Assembly (NCBI GenBank): GCA_016871155.1
Contig: VFZO01000003.1
Span: forward strand, 1,663 to 65,662
Length of the DNA: 64,000 bases
Direction: 5' to 3'
Origin: Acidobacteriota bacterium
GTDB lineage: Bacteria; Acidobacteriota; Terriglobia; Bryobacterales; Bryobacteraceae
In this document: positions 1-7,381 of the stretch, piece after piece
Layout of the letters: each line of letters begins with the position of its first letter
How positions within the stretch are numbered: the stretch's first letter is position 1
Position numbers and translations under genes: made by a program
The notes under the pieces: generated by a model
The model's input: only the letters and a program-made list of their open reading frames with translations
What the model was told of the DNA's origin: nothing
Databases searched by the model: none

Positions 1-773
1 GTATAGGCGCCGTGGACGCGGTCGCCCAGGTGGAGCAGGACGCCGCCGTAGTCCTCGGTCGTGATCTTGACCTCTTCATAATCGGAGGGTTGCAACTTCT
101 TGCCGGCAAAGGTTTGAATCGCGACCTTGGGACGGCGGCGGGTCTTGTGGAACGTGGCCAGATCGGCGCAAAGGCCGGTGATGGAAAGGCCGGTCAGGTG
201 CTGGATCATGTCCATCCAGTGCGAACCGATATCACCTACTGCCCGGAGGCGGCCGTTGGCCTTGGCGTCGATCCGCCAATTGAAATCTGTGTCATAGAGC
301 AGCCAGTCCTGCGAGTAGGTGCCTTGCACGTGGAGGATCTCGCCGAGTTCGCCAGCGGCGATGTACTGGCGGATGTGTTGAACGACCGGGTAGTAGCGGA
401 GATTGTGGCAAACGGCGTTTGGCAGCTTTTTCTTGGCGGCGAGTTTCACCATGCCGTCGGCCTCCTTGCTGGTCATGGTCATCGGCTTTTCGCAAAGGAC
501 GGCTTTGCCTGCTTCGAGAGCCGCCATCGACATCGGATAGTGGAGCGCGTTGGGGGTCAGAATGTGAACTGCTTGAATGGACGGGTCCTTCAGGATGTCC
601 TTGTAGTTGCCTGTAGTCTGTTCGACGCCAATTGAGGCACCGAACTTGGCGGCCGATTCGGCGCTGGAGCCCGCAACGGCGGCTACGTCGACATTGCCAA
701 GCCGGCGAACCCCTTCGGTGTGTACCCTTCCCATGAATCCGGTTCCGATGATCGCCGTACGAATGCGTGCCAT
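1..773 (-). CDS. Gfo/Idh/MocA family oxidoreductase, partial (C-terminus lies beyond the window start)
   Basis: Not in the supplied track because it is open at the window edge. My own reverse-strand translation from ATG 773..771 gives MARIRTAIIGTGFMGRVHTEGVRRLG...GKAVLCEKPMTMT... This shows an N-terminal GxGxxG Rossmann motif and the EKP motif typical of the family. Track ORF 12..635(+) is its antisense shadow. Confidence 0.8.
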   Translation of the reverse strand, partial: MARIRTAIIGTGFMGRVHTEGVRRLGNVDVAAVAGSSAESAAKFGASIGVEQTTGNYKDILKDPSIQAVHILTPNALHYPMSMAALEAGKAVLCEKPMTMTSKEADGMVKLAAKKKLPNAVCHNLRYYPVVQHIRQYIAAGELGEILHVQGTYSQDWLLYDTDFNWRIDAKANGRLRAVGDIGSHWMDMIQHLTGLSITGLCADLATFHKTRRRPKVAIQTFAGKKLQPSDYEEVKITTEDYGGVLLHLGDRVHGAY

Positions 774-850
774 AGATGGTTGCTCTGTTTCCTTTCGAAT
801 GTCGCTACTCCGTCTACTTTATCAAGTGTGGGCTAAACTGGACGTTTCGG

Positions 851-1117
851 ATGCGAATACGAATCCGCGTAGCGGGCCACCGCAAGGAAGCGACCCGAGC
901 CGCCGCTCTGACGGGATCGATGCTTTTAACACCTGTATCATTGGGGCTGTTCAGCCTGGGCGGATGGCGTCTGCTAGCCGACATGGACGTGACGGCGCGG
1001 TTCTTTATTGATCGAGGGCCGCTGTCGCACTGGCAGACTTGGCTGGCGCTTGCGCTGATTTTGCAGACCGGGGCGTATTTTCTTAGCCGATTTGGCGAAA
1101 ATTCGCGAGAGGGTTGA
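851..1117 (+). CDS. hypothetical small membrane protein (paralog A of a tandem pair)
   Basis: Internal ATG (851) of track ORF 776..1117. The product MRIRIRVAGHRKEATRAAALTGSMLLTPVSLGLFSLGGWRLLA...FFIDRGPLSHWQTWLALALILQTGAYFL aligns by eye along its length with the next ORF (shared P, F, L, W, F-I--G-L--W--W, G-A). It has two hydrophobic segments. The start codon is uncertain (920 is an alternative). Confidence 0.35.
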   Translation: MRIRIRVAGHRKEATRAAALTGSMLLTPVSLGLFSLGGWRLLADMDVTARFFIDRGPLSHWQTWLALALILQTGAYFLSRFGENSREG

Positions 1118-1203
1118 GCAAAGAATTCCGTCTTTTCCGCGATAAGAAGTAGTGAGTGCAACCAGCGGCGCGAGTGCCGCATCCAAATGGGTAAGAGGTT
1201 GCA

Positions 1204-1443
1204 GTGCGCTATATGAAACGAAGAATCCTAATCATGCAGTCGGAGGCCGTTACCGCGGCCGGAGTGATCCTGGCGCCGATGGCGGCCGTGGCATTCGCGT
1301 TAGCTCTGTGGGGCTTGTTCGCGCAAACGGCCGTGGCCGGCCAGTTTCCGATCTCCCAGGGTGCGCTGGCCGATTGGCGTTTATGGATGCTGATTGCCGT
1401 CACGCTGGAAGTGGGCGCCTGGAGGCTTGGCGCACAGAGATAG
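1204..1443 (+). CDS. hypothetical small membrane protein (paralog B of a tandem pair)
   Basis: 79-aa track ORF with two hydrophobic segments (VILAPMAAVAFALALWGLFA and WRLWMLIAVTLEVGAW). It is colinear and similar to 851..1117. Its stop lies 30 nt before the rhomboid start. Confidence 0.4.
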   Translation: MRYMKRRILIMQSEAVTAAGVILAPMAAVAFALALWGLFAQTAVAGQFPISQGALADWRLWMLIAVTLEVGAWRLGAQR

Positions 1444-1473
1444 CGGGGACTACGCTATCCTCAAGTTTCGGCG

Positions 1474-2211
1474 ATGGGTTCGACATCAAGAAGTTGGCAG
1501 GGTGGATCCTCCTCGTCTGGGATGCTGACGACGGGCGTGAAATGGCTACTGATAGCCAATGTCGGCATGTTCCTGGTGCAGTTTGTTCTGTACTTCGGCT
1601 TCGGCATTGGCCTGGATTTTCTAAAGCTCACTCCCTCGCAGACGGTGCGCGGATTCATCTGGCAGCCGTTTTCGTACATGTTTCTGCACTCGGTGGGCGG
1701 TGCAAGCCACGTTCTTTGGAATATGGTCTCGCTGTTCTTCACGGGTCCAATGTTGGAGGCGAGTTGGGGCCGGAACACATTCCTGAGGTATTGGCTGTGG
1801 TGCGGCGCGGGAACGGGAATTCTTGTCATCGCGGCCAGCTACCTGACCGGAACCGAATCAATTAGCACGATCGGCTGCAGCGGAGCGATTTTCGGACTGC
1901 TCATCGCGTACGGAATTTTGTATCCGGACATCCTGTTCTTCGGAATCATCAAAGCTAAGTGGTTCGTCCTGATCCTCGGCACCGTGCAGATTATCGACGG
2001 CATTGCCCAGCGCAGTTCGGCGGTCAGCTACGTTGCGCACCTGGGCGGCATGCTAGTGGGCTATTTGTTGATTCGCACGGGATTTTTCGGCAAGCGCCGC
2101 GGGCCGGACATCGACCCGTTCGCTGTCGCGCAAGGCTGGTATCGCGACTGGAAACTCGCGCGGGCGAAACGCAAGTTCGAAGTCTACATGCGCAAGCAAG
2201 GGCGGCAGTAG
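1474..2211 (+). CDS. rhomboid family intramembrane serine protease
   Basis: Carries WQPFSYMFLHS...HVLWNM (rhomboid HxxxN region), the catalytic GCSGAIFGLL (GxSG) and a downstream AHLGGMLVGYL histidine helix. The protein is multi-TM. Confidence 0.85.
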   Translation: MGSTSRSWQGGSSSSGMLTTGVKWLLIANVGMFLVQFVLYFGFGIGLDFLKLTPSQTVRGFIWQPFSYMFLHSVGGASHVLWNMVSLFFTGPMLEASWGRNTFLRYWLWCGAGTGILVIAASYLTGTESISTIGCSGAIFGLLIAYGILYPDILFFGIIKAKWFVLILGTVQIIDGIAQRSSAVSYVAHLGGMLVGYLLIRTGFFGKRRGPDIDPFAVAQGWYRDWKLARAKRKFEVYMRKQGRQ

Positions 2212-2213
2212 AG

Positions 2214-3203
2214 CTAGCGAATCAGGCCTGGCGTATCGACCGGATATTGGAATAACGATTTGCCAGCGGTAACGTAGAGAGTCTTGTTGTCCGGTCCTCC
2301 GAACGCCGTGTTGGTGATCGTGTCTTCAGGAATCGGGATGAACTTCGTCAGCGTGCCATTCGGCGCGATTACGTAAACCCCGCATTCCGTGTCGAGTGTC
2401 TCCGGCGTGCCACGTTTTCGATGAAGGCCGGCGGCGGCATAGATGTTCCCTTTTTCGTCGACGGCCATTCCATCGGCGCTGCGGCCCGGATAGAAGTTGT
2501 AGTGGACGCGCATGTTTGAGACCGTGCCATCGGCGGCCAGATCGAAGGCGCGGAGCGCGCGCGTGCCGCCTTCTTTCTTGTGGGCCTCAATTAGATAGAA
2601 CGTCTTGTCGTCGGGTGAGATCATGGGGCCGTTTGGCCACTCCGTGTCCGGCGCTACGAGGATGCGGGAGATCTTCCCATCGGTATCGATGCGATAGACG
2701 CCCGAAACGCCAGTGGCGTTCTTCGTGCGCACCGGCGCCTGCGAAGTGGCATCGGGAACCGGATCGGTAAAATACAGCCGGCCCTTGCCGTCGATGGTCA
2801 CATCGTTCGGTGCGTTGAACGATTTGCCTTCGAACGTTCCGGCGATCACTTCCACCTTGCCTGTCTTCATGTCGGTGCGTGTGACGCGCGGGGCGGCGTG
2901 TTCCGGATCGGAGCCCTCGCAGGCGATCAGGCGGCCCTGCGCATCGAACAACAGCCCGTTGGCGCGATTCGAGTCGGCGCGGAAAACGTCGTTCTTCTTC
3001 GTCCCCGGATCGTGGCGCATAATGCGGTTGTTCGCAACATCGGTGAAATAGATGAATCCGTCTGGACCCTTCGCGGGACCCTCAGTGAAGGCGACGCTCG
3101 CCGCGACGGTCAGCTTGATATCTGCCTCCGTCTCCTTCTTCTTCAGTTCTTCCGGGTTACAGGAAAGCAAAAGTGCGGACAGGGCCGGCAGTGCGTAACG
3201 CAT
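2214..3203 (-). CDS. SMP-30/gluconolactonase/LRE-like beta-propeller lipoprotein
   Basis: Lipobox LLLSC at the N-terminus. Has FTEGPAKGPDGFIYFTDVANNRIMRHDP and repeated NGL/PNG/DG blades typical of the SMP-30/gluconolactonase family. Starts 15 nt downstream of the ASPIC gene stop on the same strand. Confidence 0.8.
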   Translation of the reverse strand: MRYALPALSALLLSCNPEELKKKETEADIKLTVAASVAFTEGPAKGPDGFIYFTDVANNRIMRHDPGTKKNDVFRADSNRANGLLFDAQGRLIACEGSDPEHAAPRVTRTDMKTGKVEVIAGTFEGKSFNAPNDVTIDGKGRLYFTDPVPDATSQAPVRTKNATGVSGVYRIDTDGKISRILVAPDTEWPNGPMISPDDKTFYLIEAHKKEGGTRALRAFDLAADGTVSNMRVHYNFYPGRSADGMAVDEKGNIYAAAGLHRKRGTPETLDTECGVYVIAPNGTLTKFIPIPEDTITNTAFGGPDNKTLYVTAGKSLFQYPVDTPGLIR

Positions 3204-3218
3204 ATCCTGAGGATGCTA

Positions 3219-4814
3219 TCACGGCTCCCGGATGTCGAGATGCTGGCGGGTCCGAACGTTGGTCAGGGTCTGCCGTTTGCCGCTGGGCCACTCGATTTCC
3301 ACCTTCGGCAGCAGGGCTTCCGAACCGAAACCGAATACGAGCGCGATGTCGCTTTGGCTGCAATAGCTGGAACCGCTGTGCACGGCACGCCACTGGGAGC
3401 CGATGCGAACGATGGCGCCCAACGCGGAGCGGTTCGATGTGGTGCCCTTCAGCCGGAACGAGACATAATTATTCCGGTTACCGCCATCGTTGCGATACAG
3501 CACGGCGCGGCCGTTGTTATTGGAAATCAGCACGTCCAAATCGCCGTCACGGTCGTAATCGGCGTAGACGGCGCCGCGGGCGACCAGCGGCCGCGTAAAT
3601 GCGAGGCCCACCTGCTTACTGACATCGGCGAACCGGCTCTTCCCTTCGTTCCGGAAGAGCAATGGCGGCTGCTGAAAGGTAACCTTCGGCTGCACGCGCC
3701 CAATGTCCTCCTCGATATGGCCATTCGCGGCGAAGATGTCGGGACGGCCGTCGAGATCGTAGTCGAAGAAGAAGACGCCAAAGGCGAGGGAAAGCAGACT
3801 GGCGCGGCCGATGGGACTGCGCGGAGCTTCGTCGACGAACAGACCGTTGCCCTCGTTGTGGTAGAGGCCCAGCATCTGGTTCGAAAAATTCCCGACCAGG
3901 ATATGGGCGCGGCCGCTGCCATCGTGATCGATGGCGTCCACGCCCATGGCGCCGCGAGCGACGCCATCCTCGCTGAACGCAACGCCGGCCTGGACGGCGA
4001 CGTCGGTGAACGTGCCGTTCCGGTTGTTGCGGTAGAGCTTGTTGGGCTGTGTGTCGTTGGCGACGAAAAGATCGGAATACCCGTCGTTGTTGAAATCGAA
4101 CACCGCGATTCCAAGCGCTTTCGAGCCAGGGTCGCCGACGCCCGCTTTGAGCGTGACATCTTCAAACCGGCCGCCGGCGTTGCGGTACAGCTTACCCGGA
4201 ATGCCTTTGTAACTCTCCGGCGTGCAGTAGGACTTTTGCGACCCGTCGAGCGAGCAGCGGACATCGCCCTGGGCGGTCCACTGCACGTAGTTGGCTACGA
4301 AGAGATCGGCGCGGCCATCCTTGTCGTAATCGAAAAACGCGGCACTGGAGCCGAAGCCCTTGTTAACGATACCGCTTGCGGCGGTGATGTCCTTGAATTT
4401 GAAGTTGCCTTCGTTGCGGTAAAGCCGGTCGCCTTCGAGCGCGGTGATGTAGAGATCGTCGCGGCCGTCGTTGTCGATATCGGCAAAGGCCACACCTAGT
4501 CCGTAGACCTCTACGTCAAGGCCGGAGCCCCGTGTGACGTCGGTGAACGTGCCGTTGCGATTGTTGCGATAGAGGGCGTGGGTGGAGCGGCGGCCGCGGG
4601 GCGTCCAGTCCCGGCTATTGACGAAAACGATGTCCGGCCAGCCGTCGCCATCCGCGTCGATGAAAGCGCAACCCGCTCCCATTGTCTCTGGCAGCCACCG
4701 TTTTCCGGCCTTGCCCGCGTTATGCGTGAAGGCGATTCCGGCTGCTGCAGTGGCGTCGGTGAACTGAACAGGCTGCGCCGCGAGGCTGAGCGAGAGGAGG
4801 AGAACGATTCTCAC
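3219..4814 (-). CDS. secreted FG-GAP/VCBS repeat protein with C-terminal ASPIC/UnbV domain (CRTAC1-like)
   Basis: Signal peptide MRIVLLLSLSLAAQP. Has multiple D-x-D/N-x-DG-x-x-D repeats (FIDADGDGWPDIVFVN, FADIDNDGRDDLYI, FDYDKDGRADLFVAN, FDFNNDGYSDLFVAN), recurring YRN..NGTFTDV, and a C-terminal SGSSYCSQSD UnbV-type motif. The GTG start at 4814 overlaps the upstream stop (GTGA). Confidence 0.9.
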   Translation of the reverse strand: MRIVLLLSLSLAAQPVQFTDATAAAGIAFTHNAGKAGKRWLPETMGAGCAFIDADGDGWPDIVFVNSRDWTPRGRRSTHALYRNNRNGTFTDVTRGSGLDVEVYGLGVAFADIDNDGRDDLYITALEGDRLYRNEGNFKFKDITAASGIVNKGFGSSAAFFDYDKDGRADLFVANYVQWTAQGDVRCSLDGSQKSYCTPESYKGIPGKLYRNAGGRFEDVTLKAGVGDPGSKALGIAVFDFNNDGYSDLFVANDTQPNKLYRNNRNGTFTDVAVQAGVAFSEDGVARGAMGVDAIDHDGSGRAHILVGNFSNQMLGLYHNEGNGLFVDEAPRSPIGRASLLSLAFGVFFFDYDLDGRPDIFAANGHIEEDIGRVQPKVTFQQPPLLFRNEGKSRFADVSKQVGLAFTRPLVARGAVYADYDRDGDLDVLISNNNGRAVLYRNDGGNRNNYVSFRLKGTTSNRSALGAIVRIGSQWRAVHSGSSYCSQSDIALVFGFGSEALLPKVEIEWPSGKRQTLTNVRTRQHLDIREP

Positions 4815-7381
4815 AGGCTGGACTCGTGATCGTGAATCATCTGGCGTTCGTTATTGGCTTCCTTGCTGTTGAGCCGCGTTTTCTGCGTGATAGCCTGAGA
4901 GGACTCATCCGCCTTGAACCGCTGAAAGAGCTTCTGTTCGCGCTCGGCCTTCGCCGTGTCGCCCAGACCGCGATAGGCGAGCATCAACGTGTAGTGGGCT
5001 TGCACGTCTTCCGGGTCGATCGAAAGGACCAGGCGGCCGGCCTCGACGCTGGCTTTGTAGTCGCGCTTCAGAAACTGAATTCGAGCCACCTGGTTCTGCG
5101 CGACGCGATCGCGCGGGTACTGCTCCGTGACCTTCGCCAGACTGGCCAGCGCGGCGTCGTAATCGCCATCGGCCTTCTGCACCAGCGCGTGGAAGAAATG
5201 GGCCCGAGCTAGCTGCGGCTGCAGTTGGAGGGCCTTTTGCAGAAACGGTTTCGCGGCCTCGGTTTCACCCTCCTGAATAAGCGCACGCGCGACGTTTAGC
5301 CAGCCGTCCGCATAACTAGGTTCCGCTTCGGTTACACGGCGGAAGGCGTACTCAGCGCCTTTCAAATCACCCTGCAATAGCATTCCAATGCCCCAATCGT
5401 TCCAGCGCTCACGGTCTTCCTTGCGAATCACGGGTTTCCAAACGGTCTTGGCCGCCCCGACAGGAAGCGCCGTTTTCGCCTCGGCGATGGTGGTGATCGG
5501 AAGAACAGGCGGGTTGGTTTCAAACGAGAAGTTCGTGTAGAAATGACTGAACTTGCGGTGGTTCAACTTCAAGTGAAAATCGATGGGACCCTTCGCATCC
5601 TTTGGGATTTTGAACTTGTAATGAACCACGTCGGCGGCGCCGGGCGGAATCAGGCGCACATAGAGCGAACTGCGCGCCTGCCAGGCGTTGCGCTTGTTGA
5701 TGTGGTTCCCTTCCGCGTCCAGCAGGTAGGAACGGTAGAAGTGAGCGCCCGGATCCACGGGGCCATCCGGTTTGGTGCGGCCGCTGTGAAAGACGGTCTT
5801 GCCCGCCGCGTCCACGCCGATGAGTTCAAGCCAGATATCGAAGGCGTCAACGGTGCCGCCCGGGAAAAAGTGGCCGATCTTGCGTGTTCGAATCACGGCG
5901 TCCAGACGGACTGTGTCGCCGGGCTGGAACTGCACGCCGGCGCGATCCAACGGCGCGGCCACATCACCCACTTCGCGGAGAAAGACCTGCGTGTTCTGTT
6001 CGGCCTCTTCGCCGACTCCGAACGTCGTCATGGCCTGCTGCGCCGCTTCGCCCGCTCCCCGGCGGCTCTCCGATGGTTCATTGCCGCGAACGGGGGAGGC
6101 CGCGAACAGGTCCACGGTGATAAACCCGGATTGCAGGAATTTTTGTGTTTCCTCCAGTTGCTTGGCGTCGTTGTTCACATGCGCCACGGCCGTGTTCGCT
6201 GCCGCGAAGCGATGATTGTGCACCATTCCGCCGCGGTTCCCCGGATCGTTGGACTTGACGAGCGGCATGTGGCAATCGCCGCAGGTCTGGGACTTGGGCG
6301 GGTAATAGAAGCTGCGCGCGCCCTGCCCACTGACGCCGGACGCCTGCCAGTTGTCGTAATCGTTGAAGCCGCGCAGCCAGCGGTAGTTATTCACCGGAAC
6401 GTCGAGGTGTACTTTATGGCACGTCGAGCAGTACTCGGCGTTGTCCTTGCGCATGAAGGGCTTGAGAAAGGTCTTTCGGTGCGGCTCAGGATCCAGGTAG
6501 GTTAGGAACTTGTCGAGCGCCCGAATGTATCGGTTGCGGCTGGAAGCGAGTTCGTGCAAAGGCGGGTACTCGATCGTGAAGCCGCCGTTGCCCATGGACG
6601 AATCGACGTGCGAGATCGAATGGCACGAAACGCAGCCAAGTCCATTTTGCGCTTCGGGCGTTTCCACCTGTTCCTTAATTGGCTTTTCGAAACGGCCGTT
6701 GAAGAACACTGCATGGTCGTGGCAGCCGGCGCACCATTTGCTCGGCGTGGTCCCAACGGAGTCCTGCATATGCTCAATCGACTTCCGGTAGAACTGGTTG
6801 TTGAAGCTGGCGAAATGGTGCATCGACGAGTTCCACTGCTCGTAGATGTCTTTGTGGCACTCGCCGCAGAGCTTCGAATCCATGAAGAAATCCGACGGAA
6901 TGGTGGTCTTCACGTTCGTCGTAGCGCTGGATGGGAAAAAGGGGCTGGACGGACCGTCGCCTTCTTCCTCCATGCTGACCGGGACGATGTCCGGGTTCAC
7001 GATGCGGGCTTCCTTTCGCGGAAACAGCGCCAGGACGGCACCGGCAAGCGTCAACGCGGCCACCGCGTTTCGCAGCTTGGGCCATTCGGCGGCGACGAAC
7101 AGTGCGGTGAGAACACCGATTCCAATATGCGTCCACAGGAGTTGCTGTTGCGGAAAAGTAGCGCCAAGATATGCCAAACTAGCGCCGGTGACGAAGACTC
7201 CAATAGAAAGCCACCGCAACGGACCGCGCAGAAGCCGGACACCCAGGGCAAAGACCACGATGCCAAGAACCAGGTGGAGCAGCACGTTGGTCATGTAGAA
7301 GATGCTGGCTTCGGCAAACGCACCGATGTAAGCGGTGTTCGCAAGCAGAATCAGAAAGAGAATGGCAATTGCGCGGTTCAC
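4811..7381 (-). CDS. membrane-anchored pentahaem c-type cytochrome with C-terminal TPR domain
   Basis: Five CXXCH motifs (CGECH, CAGCH, CVSCH, CSTCH, CGDCH), 4-5 N-terminal TM helices and C-terminal TPR repeats. I place the start at GTG 7381..7379 (VNRAIAILFLIL...), which overlaps the upstream TGA (GTGA). The track ORF extends to 7735 inside the upstream gene. Confidence 0.85.
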   Translation of the reverse strand: MNRAIAILFLILLANTAYIGAFAEASIFYMTNVLLHLVLGIVVFALGVRLLRGPLRWLSIGVFVTGASLAYLGATFPQQQLLWTHIGIGVLTALFVAAEWPKLRNAVAALTLAGAVLALFPRKEARIVNPDIVPVSMEEEGDGPSSPFFPSSATTNVKTTIPSDFFMDSKLCGECHKDIYEQWNSSMHHFASFNNQFYRKSIEHMQDSVGTTPSKWCAGCHDHAVFFNGRFEKPIKEQVETPEAQNGLGCVSCHSISHVDSSMGNGGFTIEYPPLHELASSRNRYIRALDKFLTYLDPEPHRKTFLKPFMRKDNAEYCSTCHKVHLDVPVNNYRWLRGFNDYDNWQASGVSGQGARSFYYPPKSQTCGDCHMPLVKSNDPGNRGGMVHNHRFAAANTAVAHVNNDAKQLEETQKFLQSGFITVDLFAASPVRGNEPSESRRGAGEAAQQAMTTFGVGEEAEQNTQVFLREVGDVAAPLDRAGVQFQPGDTVRLDAVIRTRKIGHFFPGGTVDAFDIWLELIGVDAAGKTVFHSGRTKPDGPVDPGAHFYRSYLLDAEGNHINKRNAWQARSSLYVRLIPPGAADVVHYKFKIPKDAKGPIDFHLKLNHRKFSHFYTNFSFETNPPVLPITTIAEAKTALPVGAAKTVWKPVIRKEDRERWNDWGIGMLLQGDLKGAEYAFRRVTEAEPSYADGWLNVARALIQEGETEAAKPFLQKALQLQPQLARAHFFHALVQKADGDYDAALASLAKVTEQYPRDRVAQNQVARIQFLKRDYKASVEAGRLVLSIDPEDVQAHYTLMLAYRGLGDTAKAEREQKLFQRFKADESSQAITQKTRLNSKEANNERQMIHDHESSL
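6269..6868 (-). other. haem-binding region: five CXXCH motifs of the cytochrome-TPR protein
   Basis: The first motif CGECH is encoded at 6868..6854 and the last, CGDCH, at 6283..6269. The pattern C..CH...Y..W..S.H resembles multihaem cytochrome c554-like domains. Confidence 0.8.

Noticed and set aside
12-635. 207-aa plus-strand ORF at the window start
   Set aside because: It is antisense to a clearly recognisable Gfo/Idh/MocA oxidoreductase on the minus strand (GxGxxG and EKP motifs). Its own sequence has no motif and has the Ala/Gly/Val/Asp-rich composition of a GC-rich shadow frame.
1152-1865. 237-aa plus-strand ORF spanning the small-ORF region and the rhomboid start
   Set aside because: It is out of frame with the rhomboid gene, whose catalytic motifs are clear. 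It is Gly/Arg/Ala-rich, so it is a shadow frame.
2898-4499. 533-aa plus-strand ORF
   Set aside because: It is entirely antisense to the FG-GAP/ASPIC gene (3219..4814) and the lactonase gene. It is Arg/Ala/Gly/Val-rich with no domain signature, a typical long open shadow frame in high-GC DNA.
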